Part shown: one piece after another, positions 44,601 through 59,183 of the stretch
Layout of the letters: the number at the start of each line of letters is the position of its first letter
Position numbering within the stretch: position 1 is the stretch's first letter
From: Eledone cirrhosa
Lineage: Eukaryota
Length of the DNA: 64,000 nucleotides
Assembly (NCBI GenBank): GCA_964016885.1
Contig: OZ024743.1
Span: 174,840,001-174,904,000, forward strand
Direction of reading: 5' to 3'
The notes under the pieces: generated by a model
What the model saw: only the letters and a program-made list of their open reading frames with translations
The model's database searches: none
What the model was told of the DNA's origin: nothing
Made by a program: the position numbers and the translations under genes

Positions 44601-47199
44601 TTATATAAGATGTAGGTAGTCTTTGATATACTGTACCTGTTATGTAGGATGCAGGTAGTCTTTGATATACTGTACCTGTTATATAGGATGTAGGTAGTCT
44701 TTGATATACTGTACCTGTTATATGGGATGTAGGTAGTCTTTGATGTACTGTACCTGTTATATAGGATGTAGGTAGTCTTTGATATACTGTACCTGTTATA
44801 TAGGATGTAGTCTTTGATATACTGTACCTGTTATATAAGATGTAGGTAGTCTTTGATATAGTGTAACTGTTATATAGGATGTAGATAGTCTTTGATGCAC
44901 TGTACCTGTTATATGGGATGTAGTCTTTGATATACTGTACCTGTTACATAGGATGGAGGTAGTCTTTGATATACTGTACCTGTTATATAGGATGTAGGTA
45001 GTCTTTGATATACTGTAGCTGTTATATAGGATGTAGATAGTCTTTGATATACTGTACCTGTTATATAGGATGTAGTCTTTGATATACTGTACCTCTTATA
45101 TAGGATGTAGGTAGTCTTTGATATACTGTACCTGTTATATAGGATGTAGATAGTCTTTGATATACTGTACCTGTTATATAGTAAGTAGTCTTTGATATAG
45201 TGTACCTGTTATATAGGATGTAGGTAGTCTTTGATATACTGTACCTGTTATATAGTATGTAGGTAGTCTTTGATATACTGTACCTGTTATATAGGATGTA
45301 GGTAGTCTTTGATATACTGTACCTGTTATATAGGATGTAGGTAGTCTTTGATATACTGTACCTGTTATATGGGATGTAGGTAGTCTTTGATATACTGTAC
45401 CTGTTATATAGGATGTAGGTAGTCTTTGATATACTGTACCTGTTACATAGGATGTAGGTAGTCTTTGATATACTGTACCTGTTATATAGGATGTATGTAG
45501 TTTTGATATACTGTACCTCTTATATAGGATGTAGGTAGTCTTTGATATACTGTACCTCTTATATAGGATGTAGGTAGTCTTTTATATACTGTACCTGTTA
45601 TATAGGATGTAGGTAGTCTTTGATATACTGTACCTGTTATATAGGATGTAGGTAGTCTTTGATATACTGTACCTGTTATATAGGTTGTAGGTAGTCTTTG
45701 ATATACTGTACCTGTTATGTAGGATGTAGGTAGTCTTTGATATACTGTACCTGTTATATAGGATGTAGGTAGTCTTTGATATACTGTACCTGTTATATAG
45801 GATGTAGGTAGTCTTTGATGTACTGTACCTGTTATATAGGATGTAGGTTGTCTTTGATATACTGTACCTGTTATACAGGATGTAGGTAGTCTTTGATATA
45901 CTGTACCTGTTATATAGGATGTAGTCTTTGATATACTGTACGTGTTATATAAGATGTAGGTAGTCTTTGATATACTGTACCTGTTATATAGGATGTAGGT
46001 AGTCTTTGATATACTGTACCTGTTATATATGATGTAGGTATTCTTTGATAGACTGTACCTGTTATATAGGATGAAGGTAGTCTTTGATATACTGTACCTG
46101 TTATATAGGATGTAGGTAGTCTTTGATATACTGTACCTGTTATATAGGATGTAGGTAGTCTTTGATGTACTGTACCTGTTATATAGGATGTAGGTTGTCT
46201 TTGATATACTGTACCTGTTATACAGGATGTAGGTAGTCTTTGATATACTGTACCTGTTATATAGGATGTAGTCTTTGATATACTGTACCTGTTATATAAG
46301 ATGTAGGTAGTCTTTGATATACTGTACCTGTTATATAGGATGTAGGTAGTCTTTGATATACTGTACCTGTTATATATGATGTAGGTATTCTTTGATAGAC
46401 TGTACCTGTTATATAGGATGAAGGTAGTCTTTGATATACTGTACCTGTTATATATGATGTAGGTAGTCTTTGATATACTGTACCTGTTATATAGGATGTA
46501 GGTAGTCTTTGATATACTGTACCTGTTATATAGGATGTCGGTAGTCTTTGATATACTGTACCTGTTATATAGTATGTAGGTAGTTTTTGATATACTGTAC
46601 CTGTTATATAGGATGAAGGTAGTCTTTGATATACTGTACCTGTTATATAGGATGTCGGTAGTCTTTGATATACTGTACCTGTTATATAGGATGTAGGTAG
46701 TCTTTGCTATACTCTACCTGTTATATATGATGTAGGTAGTCTTTGATATACTGTACCTGTTATATAGGATGTAGGTAGTCTTTGATATACTGTACCTGTT
46801 ATATAGGATGTCGGTAGTCTTTGATATACTGTTATTGTTATATAGGGTGTAGGTAGTCTTTGATATACTGTACCTGTTATATATGATGTAGGTAGTCTTT
46901 GATAAAATGTACCTGTTACATAGGATGTATGTAGTCTTTGATATACTGTACCTGTTATATAGGATGTAGGTAGTCTTTGATATACTGTACCTGTTATATA
47001 GGATGTAGGTAGTCTTTGATATACTGTACCTGTTATATAGGATGTATGTAGTCTTTGATATAATGTACCTGTTATATAGGATGTATGTAGTCTTTGATAT
47101 ACTGTACCTGTTATATACGATGTAGGTAGTCTTTGATATACTGTACCTGTTATATAGGATGTAGGTAGTCTTTGATATACTGTACCTGTTATATAGAAT

Positions 47200-47934
47200 G
47201 TAGGTAGTCTTTGATATACTGTACCTGTTATATAGGATGTAGGTAGTCTTTGATATACTGTACCTGTTACATAGGATGTAGGTAGTCTTTGATATACTGT
47301 ACCTTTTATATAGGATGTAGGTAGTCTTTGATATACTGTACCTGTTATATAGGATGTAGGTAGTCTTTGATATACTGTACCTGTTATATAGGATGTCGGT
47401 AGTCTTTGATATACTGTACCTGTTATATATGATGTAGGTAGTCTTTGATATACTGTACCTGTTACATAGGATGTAGGTAGTCTTTGATATACTGTACCTG
47501 TTACATGAGATGTAGGAAGTCTTTGATATACTGTACCTGTTATATAGGATGTAGGTAGTCTTTGATATACTGTACCTGTTATATAGGATGTAGGTAGTCT
47601 TTGATATACTGTACCTGTTACATAGGATGTAGGTAGTCTTTGATATACTGTACCTTTTATATAGGATGTAGGTAGTCTTTGATATACTGTACCTGTTATA
47701 TAGGATGTAGGTAGTCTTTGATATACTGTACCTGTTATATAGGATGTCGGTAGTCTTTGATATACTGTACCTGTTATATATGATGTAGGTAGTCTTTGAT
47801 ATACTGTACCTGTTACATAGGATGTAGGTAGTCTTTGATATACTGTACCTGTTACATGAGATGTAGGAAGTCTTTGATATACTGTACCTGTTATATAGGA
47901 TGTAGGTAGTCTTTGATATACTGTACCTGTTATA
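47200..47934 (+). repeat. 351-bp (9-monomer) local tandem duplication
   Basis: The series TTACAT, CCTTTT, GTCGG, TATGATG, TTACAT, CATGAGATG..GGAAG occurs twice (CCTTTT at 47304/47655). This lengthens the local ORF to 473 aa. Confidence 0.82.
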
Positions 47935-48180
47935 TGGGATGTAGGTAGTCTTTGATATACTGTACCTGTTATATAGGATGTAGGTAGTGTTTGATATACT
48001 GTACCTGTTATATAGGATGTAGGTAGTCTTTGATATACTGTACCTGTTATATAGGATGTAGGTAGTCTTTGATATACTGTACCTGTTATATAGGATGTCG
48101 GTAGTCTTTGATATACTGTACCTGTTATATGACATGTAGGAAGTCTTTGATATACTGTACCTGTTATATGACGTGTAGGA

Positions 48181-51100
48181 AGTCTTTGATATACTGTACC
48201 TGTTATATAGGATGTAGGTAGTCTTTGATATACTGTACCTGTTATATAGGATGTAGGTAGTCTTTGATATACTTTACCTGTCATATAGGATGTAGGTAGT
48301 CTTTGATATACTGTACCTGTTATATAGGATGTAGGTTGTCTTTGATATACTGTACCTGTTATATAGGATGTAGGTAGTCTTTGATATACTGTACCTGTTA
48401 TATAGGATGTAGGTAGTCTTTGATATACTGTACCTGTTATATAGGATGTAGGTAGTCTTTGATATACTGTACCTGTTATATAGGATGTAGGTAGTCTTTG
48501 ATATACTGTACCTGTTATATAGGATGTAGGTAGTCTTGGATATACTGTACCTGTTATATAGGATGTAGGTAGACTTTGATATACTATACCTGTTATATAG
48601 GATCTAGGTAGTCTTTGATATACTGTACCTGTTATATAGGATGTAGATAGTCTTTGATATACTGTACCTGTTATATAGCATGTAGGTAGTCTTTGATATA
48701 CTGTACCTGTTACATAGGATGTAGGTAGTCTTTGATATACTGTAACTGTTATATAGGATGTAGTCTTTGATATACTGTACCTGTTATATAGGATGTAGGT
48801 AGTCTTTGATATACTGTACCTGTTATATAGGATGTAGTCTTTGATATACTGTACCTGTTATATAAGATGTAGGTAGTCTTTGATATAGTGTAACTGTTAT
48901 ATAGGATGTAGATAGTCTTTGATGCACTGTACCTGTTATATGGGATGTAGTCTTTGATATACTGTACCTGTTACATAGGATGGAGGTAGTCTTTGATATA
49001 CTGTACCTGTTATATAGGATGTAGGTAGTCTTTGATATACTGTAGCTGTTATATAGGATGTAGATAGTCTTTGATATACTGTACCTGTTATATAGGATGT
49101 AGTCTTTGATATACTGTACCTCTTATATAGGATGTAGGTAGTCTTTGATATACTGTACCTGTTATATAGGATGTAGATAGTCTTTGATATACTGTACCTG
49201 TTATATAGTAAGTAGTCTTTGATATAGTGTACCTGTTATATAGGATGTAGGTAGTCTTTGATATACTGTACCTGTTATATAGTATGTAGGTAGTCTTTGA
49301 TATACTGTACCTGTTATATAGGATGTAGGTAGTCTTTGATATACTGTACCTGTTATATAGGATGTAGGTAGTCTTTGATATACTGTACCTGTTATATGGG
49401 ATGTAGGTAGTCTTTGATATACTGTACCTGTTATATAGGATGTAGGTAGTCTTTGATATACTGTACCTGTTACATAGGATGTAGGTAGTCTTTGATATAC
49501 TGTACCTGTTATATAGGATGTATGTAGTTTTGATATACTGTACCTCTTATATAGGATGTAGGTAGTCTTTGATATACTGTACCTCTTATATAGGATGTAG
49601 GTAGTCTTTTATATACTGTAGCTGTTATATAGGATGTAGGTAGTCTTTGATATACTGTACCTGTTATATAGGATGTAGGTAGTCTTTGATATACTGTACC
49701 TGTTATATAGGATGTAGGTAGTCTTTGATATACTGTACCTGTTATGTAGGATGTAGGTAGTCTTTGATATACTGTACCTGTTATATAGGATGTAGGTAGT
49801 CTTTGATATACTGTACCTGTTATATAGGATGTAGGTAGTCTTTGATGTACTGTACCTGTTATATAGGATGTAGGTTGTCTTTGATATACTGTACCTGTTA
49901 TACAGGATGTAGGTAGTCTTTGATATACTGTACCTGTTATATAGGATGTAGTCTTTGATATACTGTACGTGTTATATAAGATGTAGGTAGTCTTTGATAT
50001 ACTGTACCTGTTATATAGGATGTAGGTAGTCTTTGATATACTGTACCTGTTATATATGATGTAGGTATTCTTTGATAGACTGTACCTGTTATATAGGATG
50101 AAGGTAGTCTTTGATATACTGTACCTGTTATATAGGATGTAGGTAGTCTTTGATATACTGTACCTGTTATATAGTATGTAGGTAGTCTTTGATGTACTGT
50201 ACCTGTTATATAGGATGTAGGTTGTCTTTGATATACTGTACCTGTTATACAGGATGTAGGTAGTCTTTGATATACTGTACCTGTTATATAGGATGTAGTC
50301 TTTGATATACTGTACCTGTTATATAAGATGTAGGTAGTCTTTGATATACTGTACCTGTTATATAGGATGTAGGTAGTCTTTGATATACTGTACCTGTTAT
50401 ATATGATGTAGGTATTCTTTGATAGACTGTACCTGTTATATAGGATGAAGGTAGTCTTTGATATACTGTACCTGTTATATATGATGTAGGTAGTCTTTGA
50501 TATACTGTACCTGTTATATAGGATGTAGGTAGTCTTTGATATACTGTACCTGTTATATAGGATGTCAGTAGTCTTTGATATACTGTACCTGTTATATAGT
50601 ATGTAGGTAGTCTTTGATATACTGTACCTGTTATATAGGATGAAGGTAGTCTTTGATATACTGTACCTGTTATATAGGATGTCGGTAGTCTTTGATATAC
50701 TGTACCTGTTATATAGGATGTAGGTAGTCTTTGCTATACTCTACCTGTTATATATGATGTAGGTAGTCTTTGATATACTGTACCTGTTAGATAGGATGTA
50801 GGTAGTCTTTGATATACTGTACCTGTTATATAGGATGTCGGTAGTCTTTGATATACTGTTATTGTTATATAGGGTGTAGGTAGTCTTTGATATACTGTAC
50901 CTGTTATATATGATGTAGGTAGTCTTTGATAAACTGTACCTGTTACATAGGATGTATGTAGTCTTTGATATACTGTACCTGTTATATAGGATGTAGGTAG
51001 TCTTTGATATACTGTACCTGTTATATAGGATGTAGGTAGTCTTTGATATACTGTACCTGTTATATAGGATGTATGTAGTCTTTGATATAATGTACCTGTT

Positions 51101-54100
51101 ATATAGGATGTATGTAGTCTTTGATATACTGTACCTGTTATATAAGATGTAGGTAGTCTTTGATATACTGTACCTGTTATATAAGATGTAGGTAGTCTTT
51201 GATATACTGTACCTGTTATGTAGGATGCAGGTAGTCTTTGATATACTGTACCTGTTATATAGGATGTAGGTAGTCTTTGATATACTGTACCTGTTATATG
51301 GGATGTAGGTAGTCTTTGATGTACTGTACCTGTTATATAGGATGTAGGTAGTCTTTGATATACTGTACCTGTTATATAGGATGTAGGTAGTCTTTGATAT
51401 ACTGTACCTGTTATATAGGATGTAGTCTTTGATATACTGTACCTGTTATATAAGATGTAGGTAGTCTTTGATATACTGTACCTGTTATATAGGATGTAGG
51501 TAGTCTTTGATATACTGTACCTGTTATATAGGATGTAGGTAGTCTTTGATATACTGTACCTGTTATATAGGATGTAGGTAGTCTTTGATATACTGTACCT
51601 GTTATATAGGATGTAGGTAGTCTTTGATATACTTTACCTGTCATATAGGATGTAGGTAGTCTTTGATATACTGTACCTGTTATATAGGATGTAGGTTGTC
51701 TTTGATATACTGTACCTGTTATATAGGATGTAGGTAGTCTTTGATATACTGTACCTGTTATATAGGATGTAGGTAGTCTTTGATATACTGTACCTGTTAT
51801 ATAGGATGTAGGTAGTCTTTGATATACTGTACCTGTTATATAGGATGTAGGTAGTCTTTGATATACTGTACCTGTTATATAGGATGTAGGTAGTCTTGGA
51901 TATACTGTACCTGTTATATAGGATGTAGGTAGACTTTGATATACTATACCTGTTATATAGGATCTAGGTAGTCTTTGATATACTGTACCTGTTATATAGG
52001 ATGTAGATAGTCTTTGATATACTGTACCTGTTATATAGCATGTAGGTAGTCTTTGATATACTGTACCTGTTACATAGGATGTAGGTAGTCTTTGATATAC
52101 TGTAACTGTTATATAGGATGTAGTCTTTGATATACTGTACCTGTTATATAGGATGTAGGTAGTCTTTGATATACTGTACCTGTTATATAGGATGTAGTCT
52201 TTGATATACTGTACCTGTTATATAAGATGTAGGTAGTCTTTGATATAGTGTAACTGTTATATAGGATGTAGATAGTCTTTGATGCACTGTACCTGTTATA
52301 TGGGATGTAGTCTTTGATATACTGTACCTGTTACATAGGATGGAGGTAGTCTTTGATATACTGTACCTGTTATATAGGATGTAGGTAGTCTTTGATATAC
52401 TGTAGCTGTTATATAGGATGTAGATAGTCTTTGATATACTGTACCTGTTATATAGGATGTAGTCTTTGATATACTGTACCTCTTATATAGGATGTAGGTA
52501 GTCTTTGATATACTGTACCTGTTATATAGGATGTAGATAGTCTTTGATATACTGTACCTGTTATATAGTAAGTAGTCTTTGATATAGTGTACCTGTTATA
52601 TAGGATGTAGGTAGTCTTTGATATACTGTACCTGTTATATAGTATGTAGGTAGTCTTTGATATACTGTACCTGTTATATAGGATGTAGGTAGTCTTTGAT
52701 ATACTGTACCTGTTATATAGGATGTAGGTAGTCTTTGATATACTGTACCTGTTATATGGGATGTAGGTAGTCTTTGATATACTGTACCTGTTATATAGGA
52801 TGTAGGTAGTCTTTGATATACTGTACCTGTTACATAGGATGTAGGTAGTCTTTGATATACTGTACCTGTTATATAGGATGTATGTAGTTTTGATATACTG
52901 TACCTCTTATATAGGATGTAGGTAGTCTTTGATATACTGTACCTCTTATATAGGATGTAGGTAGTCTTTTATATACTGTAGCTGTTATATAGGATGTAGG
53001 TAGTCTTTGATATACTGTACCTGTTATATAGGATGTAGGTAGTCTTTGATATACTGTACCTGTTATATAGGATGTAGGTAGTCTTTGATATACTGTACCT
53101 GTTATGTAGGATGTAGGTAGTCTTTGATATACTGTACCTGTTATATAGGATGTAGGTAGTCTTTGATATACTGTACCTGTTATATAGGATGTAGGTAGTC
53201 TTTGATGTACTGTACCTGTTATATAGGATGTAGGTTGTCTTTGATATACTGTACCTGTTATACAGGATGTAGGTAGTCTTTGATATACTGTACCTGTTAT
53301 ATAGGATGTAGTCTTTGATATACTGTACGTGTTATATAAGATGTAGGTAGTCTTTGATATACTGTACCTGTTATATAGGATGTAGGTAGTCTTTGATATA
53401 CTGTACCTGTTATATATGATGTAGGTATTCTTTGATAGACTGTACCTGTTATATAGGATGAAGGTAGTCTTTGATATACTGTACCTGTTATATAGGATGT
53501 AGGTAGTCTTTGATATACTGTACCTGTTATATAGTATGTAGGTAGTCTTTGATGTACTGTACCTGTTATATAGGATGTAGGTTGTCTTTGATATACTGTA
53601 CCTGTTATACAGGATGTAGGTAGTCTTTGATATACTGTACCTGTTATATAGGATGTAGTCTTTGATATACTGTACCTGTTATATAAGATGTAGGTAGTCT
53701 TTGATATACTGTACCTGTTATATAGGATGTAGGTAGTCTTTGATATACTGTACCTGTTATATATGATGTAGGTATTCTTTGATAGACTGTACCTGTTATA
53801 TAGGATGAAGGTAGTCTTTGATATACTGTACCTGTTATATATGATGTAGGTAGTCTTTGATATACTGTACCTGTTATATAGGATGTAGGTAGTCTTTGAT
53901 ATACTGTACCTGTTATATAGGATGTCAGTAGTCTTTGATATACTGTACCTGTTATATAGTATGTAGGTAGTCTTTGATATACTGTACCTGTTATATAGGA
54001 TGAAGGTAGTCTTTGATATACTGTACCTGTTATATAGGATGTCGGTAGTCTTTGATATACTGTACCTGTTATATAGGATGTAGGTAGTCTTTGCTATACT

Positions 54101-57100
54101 CTACCTGTTATATATGATGTAGGTAGTCTTTGATATACTGTACCTGTTATATAGGATGTAGGTAGTCTTTGATATACTGTACCTGTTATATAGGATGTCG
54201 GTAGTCTTTGATATACTGTTATTGTTATATAGGGTGTAGGTAGTCTTTGATATACTGTACCTGTTATATATGATGTAGGTAGTCTTTGATAAACTGTACC
54301 TGTTACATAGGATGTATGTAGTCTTTGATATACTGTACCTGTTATATAGGATGTAGGTAGTCTTTGATATACTGTACCTGTTATATAGGATGTAGGTAGT
54401 CTTTGATATACTGTACCTGTTATATAGGATGTATGTAGTCTTTGATATAATGTACCTGTTATATAGGATGTATGTAGTCTTTGATATACTGTACCTGTTA
54501 TATAAGATGTAGGTAGTCTTTGATATACTGTACCTGTTATATAAGATGTAGGTAGTCTTTGATATACTGTACCTGTTATGTAGGATGCAGGTAGTCTTTG
54601 ATATACTGTACCTGTTATATAGGATGTAGGTAGTCTTTGATATACTGTACCTGTTATATGGGATGTAGGTAGTCTTTGATGTACTGTACCTGTTATATAG
54701 GATGTAGGTAGTCTTTGATATACTGTACCTGTTATATAGGATGTAGGTAGTCTTTGATATACTGTACCTGTTATATAGGATGTAGTCTTTGATATACTGT
54801 ACCTGTTATATAAGATGTAGGTAGTCTTTGATATACTGTACCTGTTATATAGGATGTAGGTAGTCTTTGATATACTGTACCTGTTATATAGGATGTAGGT
54901 AGTCTTTGATATACTGTACCTGTTATATAGGATGTAGGTAGTCTTTGATATACTGTACCTGTTATATAGGATGTAGGTAGTCTTTGATATACTTTACCTG
55001 TCATATAGGATGTAGGTAGTCTTTGATATACTGTACCTGTTATATAGGATGTAGGTTGTCTTTGATATACTGTACCTGTTATATAGGATGTAGGTAGTCT
55101 TTGATATACTGTACCTGTTATATAGGATGTAGGTAGTCTTTGATATACTGTACCTGTTATATAGGATGTAGGTAGTCTTTGATATACTGTACCTGTTATA
55201 TAGGATGTAGGTAGTCTTTGATATACTGTACCTGTTATATAGGATGTAGGTAGTCTTGGATATACTGTACCTGTTATATAGGATGTAGGTAGACTTTGAT
55301 ATACTATACCTGTTATATAGGATCTAGGTAGTCTTTGATATACTGTACCTGTTATATAGGATGTAGATAGTCTTTGATATACTGTACCTGTTATATAGCA
55401 TGTAGGTAGTCTTTGATATACTGTACCTGTTACATAGGATGTAGGTAGTCTTTGATATACTGTAACTGTTATATAGGATGTAGTCTTTGATATACTGTAC
55501 CTGTTATATAGGATGTAGGTAGTCTTTGATATACTGTACCTGTTATATAGGATGTAGTCTTTGATATACTGTACCTGTTATATAAGATGTAGGTAGTCTT
55601 TGATATAGTGTAACTGTTATATAGGATGTAGATAGTCTTTGATGCACTGTACCTGTTATATGGGATGTAGTCTTTGATATACTGTACCTGTTACATAGGA
55701 TGGAGGTAGTCTTTGATATACTGTACCTGTTATATAGGATGTAGGTAGTCTTTGATATACTGTAGCTGTTATATAGGATGTAGATAGTCTTTGATATACT
55801 GTACCTGTTATATAGGATGTAGTCTTTGATATACTGTACCTCTTATATAGGATGTAGGTAGTCTTTGATATACTGTACCTGTTATATAGGATGTAGATAG
55901 TCTTTGATATACTGTACCTGTTATATAGTAAGTAGTCTTTGATATAGTGTACCTGTTATATAGGATGTAGGTAGTCTTTGATATACTGTACCTGTTATAT
56001 AGTATGTAGGTAGTCTTTGATATACTGTACCTGTTATATAGGATGTAGGTAGTCTTTGATATACTGTACCTGTTATATAGGATGTAGGTAGTCTTTGATA
56101 TACTGTACCTGTTATATGGGATGTAGGTAGTCTTTGATATACTGTACCTGTTATATAGGATGTAGGTAGTCTTTGATATACTGTACCTGTTACATAGGAT
56201 GTAGGTAGTCTTTGATATACTGTACCTGTTATATAGGATGTATGTAGTTTTGATATACTGTACCTCTTATATAGGATGTAGGTAGTCTTTGATATACTGT
56301 ACCTCTTATATAGGATGTAGGTAGTCTTTTATATACTGTACCTGTTATATAGGATGTAGGTAGTCTTTGATATACTGCACCTGTTATATAGGATGTAGGT
56401 AGTCTTTGATATACTGTACCTGTTATATAGGATGTAGGTAGTCTTTGATATACTGTACCTGTTATGTAGGATGTAGGTAGTCTTTGATATACTGTACCTG
56501 TTATATAGGATGTAGGTAGTCTTTGATATACTGTACCTGTTATATAGGATGTAGGTAGTCTTTGATGTACTGTACCTGTTATATAGGATGTAGGTTGTCT
56601 TTGATATACTGTACCTGTTATACAGGATGTAGGTAGTCTTTGATATACTGTACCTGTTATATAGGATGTAGTCTTTGATATACTGTACGTGTTATATAAG
56701 ATGTAGGTAGTCTTTGATATACTGTACCTGTTATATAGGATGTAGGTAGTCTTTGATATACTGTACCTGTTATATATGATGTAGGTATTCTTTGATAGAC
56801 TGTACCTGTTATATAGGATGAAGGTAGTCTTTGATATACTGTACCTGTTATATAGGATGTAGGTAGTCTTTGATATACTGTACCTGTTATATAGTATGTA
56901 GGTAGTCTTTGATGTACTGTACCTGTTATATAGGATGTAGGTTGTCTTTGATATACTGTACCTGTTATACAGGATGTAGGTAGTCTTTGATATACTGTAC
57001 CTGTTATATAGGATGTAGTCTTTGATATACTGTACCTGTTATATAAGATGTAGGTAGTCTTTGATATACTGTACCTGTTATATAGGATGTAGGTAGTCTT

Positions 57101-57939
57101 TGATATACTGTACCTGTTATATATGATGTAGGTATTCTTTGATAGACTGTACCTGTTATATAGGATGAAGGTAGTCTTTGATATACTGTACCTGTTATAT
57201 ATGATGTAGGTAGTCTTTGATATACTGTACCTGTTATATAGGATGTAGGTAGTCTTTGATATACTGTACCTGTTATATAGGATGTCAGTAGTCTTTGATA
57301 TACTGTACCTGTTATATAGTATGTAGGTAGTCTTTGATATACTGTACCTGTTATATAGGATGAAGGTAGTCTTTGATATACTGTACCTGTTATATAGGAT
57401 GTCGGTAGTCTTTGATATACTGTACCTGTTATATAGGATGTAGGTAGTCTTTGCTATACTCTACCTGTTATATATGATGTAGGTAGTCTTTGATATACTG
57501 TACCTGTTATATAGGATGTAGGTAGTCTTTGATATACTGTACCTGTTATATAGGATGTCGGTAGTCTTTGATATACTGTTATTGTTATATAGGGTGTAGG
57601 TAGTCTTTGATATACTGTACCTGTTATATATGATGTAGGTAGTCTTTGATAAACTGTACCTGTTACATAGGATGTATGTAGTCTTTGATATACTGTACCT
57701 GTTATATAGGATGTAGGTAGTCTTTGATATACTGTACCTGTTATATAGGATGTAGGTAGTCTTTGATATACTGTACCTGTTATATAGGATGTATGTAGTC
57801 TTTGATATAATGTACCTGTTATATAGGATGTATGTAGTCTTTGATATACTGTACCTGTTATATAAGATGTAGGTAGTCTTTGATATACTGTACCTGTTAT
57901 ATAAGATGTAGGTAGTCTTTGATATACTGTACCTGTTAT
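48181..57939 (+). repeat. Tandem array of a 3,360-bp higher-order unit (87 monomers), ~2.9 copies
   Basis: The printed lines repeat every 56 lines (48241 = 51601 = 54961), and ORFs lie at 51411/54771. 87x39 - 8x4 - 1 = 3,360, matching the eight 35-mers and one 38-mer I counted. I saw only three differences (G50790, C56341, C56378). Confidence 0.95.
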
Positions 57940-59183
57940 ATAGAATGTAGGTAGTCTTTGATATACTGTACCTGTTATATAGGATGTAGGTAGTCTTTGA
58001 TATACTGTACCTGTTACATAGGATGTAGGTAGTCTTTGATATACTGTACCTTTTATATAGGATGTAGGTAGTCTTTGATATACTGTACCTGTTATATAGG
58101 ATGTAGGTAGTCTTTGATATACTGTACCTGTTATATAGGATGTCGGTAGTCTTTGATATACTGTACCTGTTATATATGATGTAGGTAGTCTTTGATATAC
58201 TGTACCTGTTACATAGGATGTAGGTAGTCTTTGATATACTGTACCTGTTACATGAGATGTAGGAAGTCTTTGATATACTGTACCTGTTATATAGCATGTA
58301 GGTAGTCTTTGATATACTGTACCTGTTATATAGGATGTAGGTAGTCTTTGATATACTGTACCTGTTATATAGGATGTAGGTAGTCTTTGATATACTGTAC
58401 CTGTTATATAGGATGTAGGTAGTCTTTGATATACTGTACCTGTTATATAGGATGTAGGTAGTCTTTGATATACTGTACCTGTTATATAGGATGTCGGTAG
58501 TCTTTGATATACTGTACCTGTTATATAGGATGTAGGTAGTCTTTGCTATACTCTACCTGTTATATATGATGTAGGTAGTCTTTGATATACTGTACCTGTT
58601 ATATAGGATGTATGTAGTCTTTGATATACTGTACCTGTTATATAGGATGTAGGTAGTCTTTGATATACTGTACCTGTTATATAGGATGTAGGTAGTCTTT
58701 GATATACTGTACCTGTTATATAGGATGTCGGTAGTCTTTGATATACTGTACCTGTTATATAGGGTGTAGGTAGTCTTTGATATACTGTACCTGTTATATA
58801 TGATGTAGGTAGTCTTTGATAAACTGTACCTGTTACATAGGATGTATGTAGTCTTTGATATACTGTACCTGTTATATAGGATGTAGGTAGTCTTTGATAT
58901 ACTGTACCTGTTATATAGGATGTAGGTAGTCTTTGATATACTGTACCTGTTATATAGGATGTAGGTAGTCTTTGATATAATGTACCTGTTATATAGGATG
59001 TATGTAGTCTTTGATATACTGTACCTGTTATATAGGATGTAGGTAGTCTTTGATATACTGTACCTGTTATATAGGATGTAGGTAGTCTTTGATATACTGT
59101 ACCTGTTATATAGAATGTAGGTAGTCTTTGATATACTGTACCTGTTATATAGGATGTAGGTAGTCTTTGATATACTGTACCTG

